A stretch of 50,464 bases of DNA from Sphingomonadaceae bacterium (GCA_947477055.1 CANJSX010000001.1:1-50464), one strand, 5' to 3'. Shown: positions 38,349 to 47,324, counted from the stretch's first letter. A program made the numbers and translations. The notes: generated from the letters alone by a model not told the origin.

Positions 38349-39791
38349 TCAGAAAGCCTTCGCCCGCCGCAGCGGCACGACCGCTGACGGCATGGCGCTC
38401 AAGCGGTTCCAGGCATCGAGCGCGGCGACCTTGTAGGCTTCGGCCAGCGTCGGATAATTGAAGCTGTTATCGATGAAATAGTCGATCGTTCCGCCCAGAT
38501 TGGTCACCGCCTGGCCGATATGAATCAGTTCGGTCGCGCCTTCGCCGATGATGTGGACGCCCAGCACGCGGCGGGTGTCGCGGTCGATCAGCAGTTTGAG
38601 CATCCCCGCGTCCAGCCCCATGATGTGCCCGCGCGAGGTTTCGCGGAAGCGGGCGATGCCAACTTCGTAAGACAGGCCCTTCTCGCGCACCTGCTCTTCG
38701 GTCAGACCGACCGAGGACAGTTCGGGCACGGCATAGACGCCGAAGGGAAAGCACTCCCCCACGGCGGGCGAGGCCGCGCCGAAGGCATGGCAGGCGGCGG
38801 TGCGCCCCTGCTCCATCGAGGTCGAGGCCAGGCTGGGAAAGCCGATCACGTCTCCGGCGGCGTAGATATGCGGCACGACGGTCTGGTATTTTTCGGGATC
38901 GACCGCGATCCGACCGCGGTGGTCGGTCGCGATCCCGCAGGCCTCCAGCCCCAATCGCGCGGTCGCGCCCATCCGGCCGGCGGTGAACAGCACGATCTCG
39001 GACCGCACCTGCCGCCCGTCGGCCAGGTGCCAGATCGGCGCGCCGCCATCGTCGAACGCGATCTTGCGCACCTCGCCCGAGAGCCGGATCGCTATCCCGC
39101 GATCGCGCATCTGGTAGGTCAGGTTGGCGACGATCTCTCCGTCGAGGAAGTCGAGAAAGCTCGCGCGCGGCTCGATCAGGGTGACGGGAATGTCCATGGC
39201 GGAAAAGATCGTGGCATATTCAAGCCCGATCACCCCCGCGCCAATCACCGCCAGGCTACGCGGCACGCGCGGGGCGCGGATGAAATCGTCGCTGTCGAGC
39301 ACGTTGGTCGCGTTGAAGGGGATATGCGCCGGGCGGAAGGGTTCGGTTCCGGTGGCGATCAGCAGTTTCTCGGCTTGCACAATCTCTTCGACGGACCGCC
39401 CGCCGACCTCCGAAGTAAGGGAAATCTCGTGGCTGCCGATGAACCGCGCGCTACCTACTGCGGTGCGCACCCCGTTGCGGGCGAACTGATGCTCGAGCAC
39501 GGCGATTTCGTGCTCCAGCGTCTGGCCGAGCCGGGCGGCAAGGTCGCCGGCGCCGATCTCGGCCTTGACCCGGTAGGAAGCGCCATAAAATCCGCGCTCG
39601 CGCCAGCCGGAGAGATTGAGCACGGTCTCGCGTAGCGTCTTGGACGGGATCGTCCCGGTGTGCACCGAAACCCCGCCAACTCGCGCCCGGTCATCGACCA
39701 CCAGCACGCTGCGCCCCAGCTTGGCCGCCTGAATCGCCGCCCTGCGCCCGGCCGGTCCGCTGCCGAGCACGACGAAATCGTAAGTGGCCAT
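38349..39791 (-). CDS. sthA: Soluble pyridine nucleotide transhydrogenase
   Basis: GSGPAG, GGVSVHTGTIPSKTLRE (no redox CxxxxC), GAGVIG.EYA, GDVIGFPSLAS, FNYPTLAEAYKVA. Confidence 0.93.
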   Translation of the reverse strand: MATYDFVVLGSGPAGRRAAIQAAKLGRSVLVVDDRARVGGVSVHTGTIPSKTLRETVLNLSGWRERGFYGASYRVKAEIGAGDLAARLGQTLEHEIAVLEHQFARNGVRTAVGSARFIGSHEISLTSEVGGRSVEEIVQAEKLLIATGTEPFRPAHIPFNATNVLDSDDFIRAPRVPRSLAVIGAGVIGLEYATIFSAMDIPVTLIEPRASFLDFLDGEIVANLTYQMRDRGIAIRLSGEVRKIAFDDGGAPIWHLADGRQVRSEIVLFTAGRMGATARLGLEACGIATDHRGRIAVDPEKYQTVVPHIYAAGDVIGFPSLASTSMEQGRTAACHAFGAASPAVGECFPFGVYAVPELSSVGLTEEQVREKGLSYEVGIARFRETSRGHIMGLDAGMLKLLIDRDTRRVLGVHIIGEGATELIHIGQAVTNLGGTIDYFIDNSFNYPTLAEAYKVAALDAWNRLSAMPSAVVPLRRAKAF

Positions 39792-39859
39792 CCTGTCATC
39801 CCCCTGCGCCGTTCAGGAACAAGGACGGCCGGGATGCGGAAGAGTTCAGAGGCGGGGGA

Positions 39860-40624
39860 TCAATCCTGCGTCAGGCGCAGCGCGGCGGCGGGCAGGCCGA
39901 AGGTCCGCCGGAAAGTGCGGCTGAGATGCGCCGAATCCGCAAAGCCGGCCTCATGCGCCGCCTCGGTCAGTGAGCAGCCCCGCGCATAGAGCTCGACCGC
40001 ACGCTCGAGCCGCAGCCACAGGACATAGGCCTTGAACGGCATTTGCGTATGCTCGGCAAACAGATGCCGCGCCCGGCCTTCGGAGAGATGGACCTGCGCC
40101 GCCGAAGCGGGGAGCGTGACGGTGCCGTCGAGCCGGCTCCGGGCGAAATCGATCATCGCCAGCACGCGCCAGTCGGGCAGATCGGGGCGCGCGACCTGCG
40201 CGAGCGCGGCCACGACGCTTTGGCCCAGCTCCCGAAATTCCTGCGCCGACAGGTTGCGCGCAAATCCCTCGCGCAGCTGCCCGACCGCATCCGCCAGCGG
40301 ACCGCGATCTTCCGCCACCCAGGGTCGCGCGGTGAGGTGCGCCGCAATCAGCGCCCGCCCCGCCTGGCTTTCCGGCGCCACGAACAGGAAGGCGACCGCC
40401 CCGCTGCCGCGAAAGGTGTGGCGCTGATCCGAGGCGACGGCGGTAACGGCGCCCGAGAGCGTTTCACGCTCAACCCCTATCTCGAAGCTGCCGCGCAAGG
40501 GGACGGTCAGCTGGATCGCGTGATGCGCGTGCGGCTCCACTTCGGCGATGCGATCGGCATTCTCAAGGATCCAGAGGCTCGCGGCCTCCCAGACCATGAT
40601 CCGTCCCTGGCCGACGACTGCCAT
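39860..40624 (-). CDS. AraC-family transcriptional regulator with His-rich cupin N-domain
   Basis: N-terminal PHAHHAIQ motif; C-terminal LS.GRARHLF...YVLWLRL...LTEAAHEAGFADSAHLSRTFRRTFG. Confidence 0.93.
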   Translation of the reverse strand: MAVVGQGRIMVWEAASLWILENADRIAEVEPHAHHAIQLTVPLRGSFEIGVERETLSGAVTAVASDQRHTFRGSGAVAFLFVAPESQAGRALIAAHLTARPWVAEDRGPLADAVGQLREGFARNLSAQEFRELGQSVVAALAQVARPDLPDWRVLAMIDFARSRLDGTVTLPASAAQVHLSEGRARHLFAEHTQMPFKAYVLWLRLERAVELYARGCSLTEAAHEAGFADSAHLSRTFRRTFGLPAAALRLTQD

Positions 40625-40719
40625 GTCATGCCCACCCCAAGTCAGCCGCTGCGTTCAATTCCCCATGCGATTCGCAATGTAGCAGGGCTTCACCACCAAC
40701 CGAACCACAGGAGTTCACC

Positions 40720-40857
40720 ATGACCAAGACCTGCCAATGCAACCCTTGCACCTGCAACCCCTGCAACTGCGCCACGGCTCAGCAGAGCTGCCGCTGCGCC
40801 CCGTCTTGCAACTGCGGCCCCAATTGCCGCTGCGCTGATTGCGTGGGCGCCAAGTGA
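40720..40857 (+). CDS. Metallothionein-like small Cys-rich protein (45 aa, 13 Cys)
   Basis: MTKTCQCNPCTCNPCNCATAQQSCRCAPSCNCGPNCRCADCVGAK; SD AGGAG 6 nt before the ATG; all 13 Cys codons are TGC. Too short for the ORF track. Confidence 0.85.
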   Translation: MTKTCQCNPCTCNPCNCATAQQSCRCAPSCNCGPNCRCADCVGAK

Positions 40858-40867
40858 CCTCAAACCG

Positions 40868-42466
40868 TCAGCGCCGGGCCTTCCGGCGCTGGCGATGGTC
40901 CGCATAGCTATCGAGCACCTTGCGCATTCCCTCGATCGCCTTCTGCCGCGCCGCATCGTCCCGGATCCGCGAAAGTTCGCGCTTCAGACCGGTGGCGAAG
41001 TCGGCGTAGCTGTTCTGCCAGTCGCGTCCCAGAGCCTGGCTGAGGTCAGCACGGCCGGTGCGAATGCGCTTCGCCGGTTTGCCCGGTTCGAGCGCATAGG
41101 CCTCGCCGATCTGCGGCAAGGTCACGGCCTGCTCCGGCAAATGCGACTGAACCTGGCGGCGCAGCTCCTCCAGCGCACCCTCCTCGCCGTGATCGAGGAA
41201 CAGCGTGCCGGCAATCGGCCCCCTCCCTTCGATCCATTTCAGCAGCTCCTGCTGGTCGGCATGGGCGGAATAGTGATCGATCCGCCGGATCGCGGCCCGC
41301 ACCGTCACGTCCTCGCCCGAGATCCGCACCCGCTGTGCACCGTCGAGGATCACCCGGCCAAGGCTGCCCTGCGCCTGGAAGCCCACGAACAGCACGGTCG
41401 AATCCCGGCGGTGGAGGTTGTGGATCAGGTGATGCCGGATCCGCCCCGCTTCGCACATGCCCGAAGCGGCCAGAATGATCGCCCCCGACACAGAGTTGAG
41501 CCGGATTGACTGGGCGACATCCTCGACAAAATGGAAGTTGGGATGGCGGAAGATGTCGCGCCCGGCGGTATCTTCCAGCTCGGCCGAATAGCGCGAGAAC
41601 ACGCTGGTGGCGCGGGTCGCCAGGGGGGAATCGATGAACACCGGGATGTCGGGCAGGTTCCCCGCATCCATCAGCATCGCGATATCGAGCAGCAACTCCT
41701 GTGTGCGCTCCAGCGCGAAGGAGGGGATGACGAGATTGCCGCCGCGCACGATGGCGCCCCGGATTTCGGCCTCGAGCAGCTTGCGCCGTTCGGGAATCGT
41801 AACCTTCTCGCGGGTGCGGTCACCATAGGTACTCTCGCAGACCACGTGATCGAAACAGCATGGCCCCTCGGGATCGGCCTGGAACGCCTTGTTCTCAGGC
41901 CCGATGTCGCCCGAGCATATCAGCTTGACCCCGCCGGCCTCGATTTCCGCCGAAGCCGCGCCGAGGATATGGCCGGCGTTCCAGAACCGCGCCCGGAAGC
42001 CCTTGGCGGGTTCGAACCATTCTTCCAGCGCGTGCACCTGCGCCTGCTTCCAGGCGGCGATGGCATCCATCTCGGTATAGAGCGGCTCGAAGCCCGGATC
42101 GCCCGCGCGGTCACGCCGGCGATTGCGGCGGGCAGTGTCGGCCTCCTGGATGCGGCCGGCATCGGCGAGCATGTATTCCAGCAGGTCGCGGGTCGCTGCG
42201 GTGCAATGGATCGCGCCGGTGAAGCCCTTGGCAACCAGCCGCGGCAACAGGCCCGAGTGGTCGATATGGGCATGGGTCAGCACCACCGCATCGATCGAGC
42301 GTGGATCGAAGGCGAATTCGCCGGTGTTGAGCACTTCGAGCGAGCGCGAGCCCTGGAACAGCCCGCAATCGACGAGGATGCGGCTCGATCCCAGCTCGAG
42401 CAGCATGCAGGAGCCGGTGACGGTCCAGGCCGCCCCGTGGAACGAGAGGGTGAGCGGGGTGGTCAT
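40868..42466 (-). CDS. MBL-fold beta-CASP ribonuclease (YSH1-like)
   Basis: VTGSC, VDCGLFQG, THAHIDHSG, AGHILG, ESTYGDR, ASGMCEAGRIRHHL, SAHAD. Confidence 0.92.
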   Translation of the reverse strand: MTTPLTLSFHGAAWTVTGSCMLLELGSSRILVDCGLFQGSRSLEVLNTGEFAFDPRSIDAVVLTHAHIDHSGLLPRLVAKGFTGAIHCTAATRDLLEYMLADAGRIQEADTARRNRRRDRAGDPGFEPLYTEMDAIAAWKQAQVHALEEWFEPAKGFRARFWNAGHILGAASAEIEAGGVKLICSGDIGPENKAFQADPEGPCCFDHVVCESTYGDRTREKVTIPERRKLLEAEIRGAIVRGGNLVIPSFALERTQELLLDIAMLMDAGNLPDIPVFIDSPLATRATSVFSRYSAELEDTAGRDIFRHPNFHFVEDVAQSIRLNSVSGAIILAASGMCEAGRIRHHLIHNLHRRDSTVLFVGFQAQGSLGRVILDGAQRVRISGEDVTVRAAIRRIDHYSAHADQQELLKWIEGRGPIAGTLFLDHGEEGALEELRRQVQSHLPEQAVTLPQIGEAYALEPGKPAKRIRTGRADLSQALGRDWQNSYADFATGLKRELSRIRDDAARQKAIEGMRKVLDSYADHRQRRKARR

Positions 42467-42469
42467 GCG

Positions 42470-43111
42470 CTAAGACATGCGCCGCGCGGTGATGATCTTC
42501 ACTGGTACGTCGATCATCTGCCCGCGCATCACTCCATCACCTTTCGTGGCCGAGATCGGCGCGTCGTAGATCTTGCGTACCACCTCCATCCCCGAGACGA
42601 TATGACCGAAGGCGGCGAAGCTGGCCTGGCCATCGGGCGTTGTCGCCTTGGGATCGGCGTCGAGCTGGGTCAGGTCCGAGAGCAGGATCGAGAAATCCGC
42701 CGTCGCGGTGCCCGGCGCGAAGCGGGCCATTGAGATCGTGCCCGCGACATGCGAAATGCCGGTCTGGCTGGTCGGCTCATGCGCCACCGGCTTCAGCACC
42801 TTGAGCGGATGGCCCTGCAGCCCGCCCTGGATCAGCCCGTTCGGCGGCGTGCCCCACGGCAGGTGCATCGAACGATAGAACACCGCCCCGTCGAGCCGGC
42901 GCTGGTCGACGTAGGCGATGAAGTTCTCGGTGGTGAGCGGCGCGCGCTTGTGATCGAGTTCGAGCTCGATCACTCCCATGTCGGTGGTGAGCGCCACCCG
43001 CACCGTATCGCCGATTGGCGGCGGTGGGGGCGGCGCCGGACGGCGCTTGCGCGGCGCTGCCCCCGTCAGCAACGCTAGCGCCATGGCGGCGAGGACGGCG
43101 CGGCGCAGCAT
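42470..43111 (-). CDS. Cyclophilin-type peptidyl-prolyl isomerase
   Basis: APLTTENF..YV, FYR, LIQGG, GTISMAR..PGTATADF, FG.IVSGMEVV; possible N-terminal signal. Confidence 0.9.
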   Translation of the reverse strand: MLRRAVLAAMALALLTGAAPRKRRPAPPPPPPIGDTVRVALTTDMGVIELELDHKRAPLTTENFIAYVDQRRLDGAVFYRSMHLPWGTPPNGLIQGGLQGHPLKVLKPVAHEPTSQTGISHVAGTISMARFAPGTATADFSILLSDLTQLDADPKATTPDGQASFAAFGHIVSGMEVVRKIYDAPISATKGDGVMRGQMIDVPVKIITARRMS

Positions 43112-43115
43112 CGGC

Positions 43116-45425
43116 TCAGTCGTGCTTCTTGTCGCGAGTCGAGCTGACCATGCCCGGTGCGATGAAGCCGATCGGATTGACCGCCATCGCCCGCATCTTC
43201 AGCTCACCCTTCATTTTGGCATACTCCGCCTCCATTTCCGCCGTCACAGTGGCGCGGGAATCGGCCAGCGCGTCGGTGAAGTCCGAAGCGTCGACCGTAT
43301 CGGCGGCCTCGCCATGCTTGCGGATCGCGGCGAGGCCGGCGCGGCGCACCACGTCTTCGAGGTCGGCGCCGGTGAAGCGTTCGGTCTGGGCGGCGATGCT
43401 GGTGAGCTTGACGTCATCGGCCAGCGGCATCTTCGCGGTGTGGATCTTCAATATATGCTCGCGCCCGGCTGCGCTGGGCGTGCCGACATAGACCAGTTCA
43501 TCCAGCCGGCCCGGGCGCAGCAGCGCCGGATCGACCAGCCCCGGCCGGTTGGTCGCGCCGATCAGCACGACCGAGGAGAGCTCCTCCATCCCGTCCATCT
43601 CGGCGAGGATGGTGTTGACCACCCGCGCCGTGACCTGCGGCTCGCTGGCGTTGGAACTGCCGCGGGCCGGGACCAGGCTGTCGATCTCATCGATGAAGAT
43701 CACGCAGGGCGCGACCGCGCGGGCGCGGGCGAACAGTCGGCTGATCTGCTGCTCGCTCTCGCCATACCATTTGGACAGCAGGTCCGAGCTCTTGATCGAG
43801 ATGAAATTCGCCTCGGCCTCCTTGGCGACGGCCTTGGCCAGCAGGGTCTTGCCGGTGCCGGGCGGGCCATAGAGCAGGAACCCCTTGGCCGGGCGGATCC
43901 CGAGCCGGCGGAAGGCGTCCGGGTTGCGCAGGGGCAGCTCAATCCCTTCCTTGAGCTTGAGCTGCGCCTCGTCGAGCCCGCCGATGTCGGCCCAGCCGAT
44001 GTTCGGCACCTGCACCATCACTTCGCGCATGGCGGAGGGCTGGACGCGCTTGAGCGCGGCGAGGAAATCATCGCGCGTCACCGAGAGGTTTTCGAGCACC
44101 TCGGCGGGGATCGTCTGCGCCTCGAGATCGAGCTGCGGCATGATCCGGCGGACGGCATCAATCGCCGCCTCGCGGGCCAGCGCGGCAATATCGGCGCCGA
44201 CGAAGCCGTGGGTGGTGCGTGCCAGCTCGTTCAGATCGACATCTTCCGCCAGCGGCATGCCGCGGGTGTGAATGCCCAGGATCTCGCGGCGGCCGGCCTC
44301 GTCGGGCACGCCGATCACGATCTCGCGATCGAACCGGCCGGGGCGGCGCAGCGCCTCGTCGATCGCGTCGGGGCGGTTGGTGGCGGCGATCACGACGATG
44401 TTCGAACGGGTATGCAGCCCATCCATCAGCGTCAGCAGCTGGGCAACCAGCCGCTTCTCCGCCTCGCCATGCACCTGCTCGCGCTTGGGGGCGATCGAAT
44501 CGATCTCGTCGATGAAAATGATCGAGGGCCCCGAACGCGCGGCTTCCTCGAACACGTCGCGCAGGCGCTTTTCGCTCTCGCCATAGGCGCTGCCCATGAT
44601 CTCGGGCCCGTTGATCGTGAAGAAGCTCGCCTCGCTCTCATTGGCGACGGCCTTGGCGAGGCGGGTCTTGCCGGTGCCCGGCGGGCCGTGCAGCAGCACG
44701 CCCTTGGGCGGATCGACCCCGAGCCGGGTGAACAGCTCGGGATAGCGCAGCGGCAGCTCGACCATCTCGCGCAGCTGGCGGATGGTGTCGCCGATCCCGC
44801 CGACATCGTCATAGTTCACATCGGCCCGGTTACCGCGCGCTTCCTCGAACTCCTCGCGCAGCTCGACCTCAGTGTTCTCGTCAATATGGACGATGCCCTT
44901 GGGCACGGTCGAGACCACGGTCAGGCGGATTTGCGTCAGCGCATAGGCCGGGGCGTTGAACATCCGCGCCACCTGCGGCGGCATGTCGCGGACCTGCTGC
45001 TGCCCGGTGGTGGCGACGACATCGCCGGCGACCAGCGGACGGGCAAAGAAGTTGCGCTTGAGCGCCTCGGTCGGCCCCTGGAGGCGCATTTCCTTCTGCG
45101 CCGGGGCGAAGATGACGCGCTGCGCCGGGCGGGATTCGGCCTTGCGGACGGTAACGTGATCGCCCGCGCCGATTTCGGCATTGGCGCGCTGCAACCCGTC
45201 GAGGCGAATCACCTCGAGCGCCTCGTCCTCGGTATAGGCCAGCACCGCACGGGCCGCCGTGGCCCGCTTGCCGACGATCTCGATCGTATCGCCCTCTGTG
45301 ATCCCGAGCGCGCCCAGCGCGGATTTGGGCAGCCGGGCGATGCCCTGGCCGCTTTCTTCCTGCCGCGCCGCTGCGACCTGCAGCCGCACCTCGCGCGCCA
45401 TCGTATCCGCGTCCTTGTCCGCCAT
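43116..45425 (-). CDS. CDC48/p97/VAT-family AAA+ ATPase
   Basis: N-domain (IRLDGLQRANA), two AAA modules each with GPPGTGKT, FIDEIDS and ATNRP...DxALxRPGR; MREV linker. Confidence 0.95.
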   Translation of the reverse strand: MADKDADTMAREVRLQVAAARQEESGQGIARLPKSALGALGITEGDTIEIVGKRATAARAVLAYTEDEALEVIRLDGLQRANAEIGAGDHVTVRKAESRPAQRVIFAPAQKEMRLQGPTEALKRNFFARPLVAGDVVATTGQQQVRDMPPQVARMFNAPAYALTQIRLTVVSTVPKGIVHIDENTEVELREEFEEARGNRADVNYDDVGGIGDTIRQLREMVELPLRYPELFTRLGVDPPKGVLLHGPPGTGKTRLAKAVANESEASFFTINGPEIMGSAYGESEKRLRDVFEEAARSGPSIIFIDEIDSIAPKREQVHGEAEKRLVAQLLTLMDGLHTRSNIVVIAATNRPDAIDEALRRPGRFDREIVIGVPDEAGRREILGIHTRGMPLAEDVDLNELARTTHGFVGADIAALAREAAIDAVRRIMPQLDLEAQTIPAEVLENLSVTRDDFLAALKRVQPSAMREVMVQVPNIGWADIGGLDEAQLKLKEGIELPLRNPDAFRRLGIRPAKGFLLYGPPGTGKTLLAKAVAKEAEANFISIKSSDLLSKWYGESEQQISRLFARARAVAPCVIFIDEIDSLVPARGSSNASEPQVTARVVNTILAEMDGMEELSSVVLIGATNRPGLVDPALLRPGRLDELVYVGTPSAAGREHILKIHTAKMPLADDVKLTSIAAQTERFTGADLEDVVRRAGLAAIRKHGEAADTVDASDFTDALADSRATVTAEMEAEYAKMKGELKMRAMAVNPIGFIAPGMVSSTRDKKHD

Positions 45426-45500
45426 TAGCTGTTCCTGTCCTGCGCCCTGTTGGGCTTAAGGGAAGCTAGGAACTCGGGCGGGCAATTGCAAACCAACGAA

Positions 45501-45536
45501 CCGCTCGCACGAGACAAGCCGCTCGCACGAGACAAG
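45501..45536. repeat. Perfect 18-bp tandem duplication CCGCTCGCACGAGACAAG
   Basis: Identical copies at 45501-45518 and 45519-45536. Confidence 0.95.
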
Positions 45537-45599
45537 AAAAAAGGCCCGGGCGTTGCCGACCGGGCCTTGGAAGTTTTGGGAGAGGATGCCTGAAAGGCA
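45535..45599 (-). ncRNA. SuhB/MmgR-like small RNA (about 65 nt)
   Basis: Minus strand: hairpin UGCCU-UUC-AGGCA, single-stranded UCCUCUCCC, terminator AAGGCCCGG...CCGGGCCUU with U-run. Promoter TTGCAC-N17-CATACA at 45633-45605. Confidence 0.75.
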
Positions 45600-45654
45600 G
45601 GATCTGTATGTCTCGCTCACCAAATTTGTGCAAGCGCGAAATGGTGAATGATGG

Positions 45655-45669
45655 TTGCAAATTTCGCAA
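45655..45669. promoter_or_regulatory. LysR-type binding site upstream of the sRNA
   Basis: TTGC-AAATTTC-GCAA dyad containing T-N11-A, centred about 63 nt upstream of the predicted sRNA start. Confidence 0.6.
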
Positions 45670-45686
45670 TTGTGGTTGTAAAAAGC

Positions 45687-46424
45687 TTACGATTTATTGA
45701 ATTTCAACAAGATACGATCAGTGTGCCCCCGGATCGACAGATCGAACACACCGGTCTCATGGCCATCTTCGCTGCGATGCAGCACGTCGCTCTCGGCGAC
45801 GAAAACAAACCCGTCGCGGGCCATTTCAGCTTTCACGGCATTGGCGGAAATGCGGTGCAACCGCTTGGCGATGGCGGTGATGTCGCCCGATGGGCCAGCA
45901 TGATCGGCCACGATCACCACCCCGCCGGGCTTCAGTGCGGCGAACCAGTTGGCCAGCACGCCTTGCGGGTTCGGCAGGGCGACACCGGCACGGTTGGTGC
46001 CGAGGAACAGGTCATGGAAGGTCAGATGCGTGAAGATCGCATCGAGGCTACCGGGGGCAAACTGGAGCGCTTGTGGTAGCGCGGCGAGTACAGCGACGTT
46101 CGGCCGGCCCTTGGACACCTTGGCCCACTCGTCCGGCTTGAAGAAAGCGACGTTGAACACGCCGTAGACCCGGCCCTTCGGCCCGACGATGCGTGAGAGC
46201 AGCTCGGTGTAATAGCCCTCGCCCGCCTGCCAGTCGGCCACGGTATCGCCGCGCTTGATGCCTGAAAAGTCGAGCACGGCGGCAGGCATGCGCCCCTCGT
46301 CGAGTGCGCGGTTCTCGGTCTGGCGGGTGCGATCGGCGATTACGCCGGCATAATCGGACGGCGCAGCGGCCAGCGGAGCTGACAAGGCAAGACCCAACGT
46401 CAGCAGGACGAAGCGAAGTTTCAT
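45687..46424 (-). CDS. Exported class I SAM-methyltransferase-like protein
   Basis: Signal peptide; GIKRGDTVAD..AGEGYYTELLS..VG..GRVY; HD; LKPGG...VADH; LHRI; IRGHTDR. Confidence 0.85.
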   Translation of the reverse strand: MKLRFVLLTLGLALSAPLAAAPSDYAGVIADRTRQTENRALDEGRMPAAVLDFSGIKRGDTVADWQAGEGYYTELLSRIVGPKGRVYGVFNVAFFKPDEWAKVSKGRPNVAVLAALPQALQFAPGSLDAIFTHLTFHDLFLGTNRAGVALPNPQGVLANWFAALKPGGVVIVADHAGPSGDITAIAKRLHRISANAVKAEMARDGFVFVAESDVLHRSEDGHETGVFDLSIRGHTDRILLKFNKS

Positions 46425-46488
46425 GGAAATCTCCCGGCCGGGCCGGCGGCGGTTCCGCGCGTGCCCGGCCGGGAGCCTATCAGAGGGC

Positions 46489-47271
46489 CTAGTGCGACAG
46501 CAAGAGCGTCGGTGCGCCGTCATCCTCGAGGAAGTAGCGCGTGACCCCGCTGAACAGGAATTCGCGCATCCGGCTGTGCCCGAAGGCACCCATCACAAGC
46601 AGGTCGGCGCGAAGGCGGGCGACTGCGGCCGCCAGCGTCTCCTCGGTGGTGCCGGAGCGCTTCAGCACATGCAGCTCGGCCTTGACGCCATGCCGCGAAA
46701 GGTAGCTCATCGCGTCGGCCGCCTCGAAGCCGCCGGGCTTTTCCCCGACTGTCAGCACGTGCACTGCGCCGGCGCCGGCCAGCAGCGAGATCGACGAGCG
46801 CAGCGCCAGCGCCGCCTCGTCGCCGCCATCCCAGGCGATACAGACGGTGCCGACCGGCACGGCCAGCGGCTTGTCCTTGCGCACCACCATCACCGGGCCG
46901 CGCGCAATCATCGCCAGCTGCCCGGCGAACAGGCTGCCGTGCGAGACCACCGAGATGTCAGCCAGCCGCGCCGAGGCCGCCAGCGCCTCGGATGGGTCGT
47001 CCTCGCTGTGCTGGACATCGAACGGGACGTCCTCGCGCTGCAGATGGGTGACGATCTCGGCAGCGAAGGCGTCGTCGGCCTCAAGCGCTTCCTTCAGCGC
47101 ATCGGAGGCAACATAGCTGCCGCCCATCGGATCCATCGCGATGTAGCGCGATATCGGCGTATCGACCAGCACGGTCACATGGCCCTTATCTGCCCGTGCC
47201 AGCGCGAGTGCGGTTTCGAGGCGCGGCGACATAGCGCCAGAGCGGTCGGCGAAAACAAGAATCGAACGCAT
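46489..47271 (-). CDS. Universal stress protein (tandem USP)
   Basis: IAWDGG.EAA.ALR and ADLLVMGAFGHSRMREFLFSGVTR. Confidence 0.92.
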   Translation of the reverse strand: MRSILVFADRSGAMSPRLETALALARADKGHVTVLVDTPISRYIAMDPMGGSYVASDALKEALEADDAFAAEIVTHLQREDVPFDVQHSEDDPSEALAASARLADISVVSHGSLFAGQLAMIARGPVMVVRKDKPLAVPVGTVCIAWDGGDEAALALRSSISLLAGAGAVHVLTVGEKPGGFEAADAMSYLSRHGVKAELHVLKRSGTTEETLAAAVARLRADLLVMGAFGHSRMREFLFSGVTRYFLEDDGAPTLLLSH

Positions 47272-47324
47272 GATCCAAACTCCCTTTGGTGAGAGTTGTA
47301 TGCTCCTGCCCGGGGGACATATCC

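Noticed and set aside
40720-40857. RiPP precursor interpretation of the Cys-rich peptide
   Set aside because: No leader (Cys starts at residue 5) and no radical SAM, lanthipeptide synthetase or peptide exporter nearby; metallothionein fits better.
42978-45428. 816-aa plus-strand ORF
   Set aside because: Antisense shadow of cdc48.
45501-45536. CRISPR array
   Set aside because: Only two adjacent 18-bp copies with no spacer and no cas genes.
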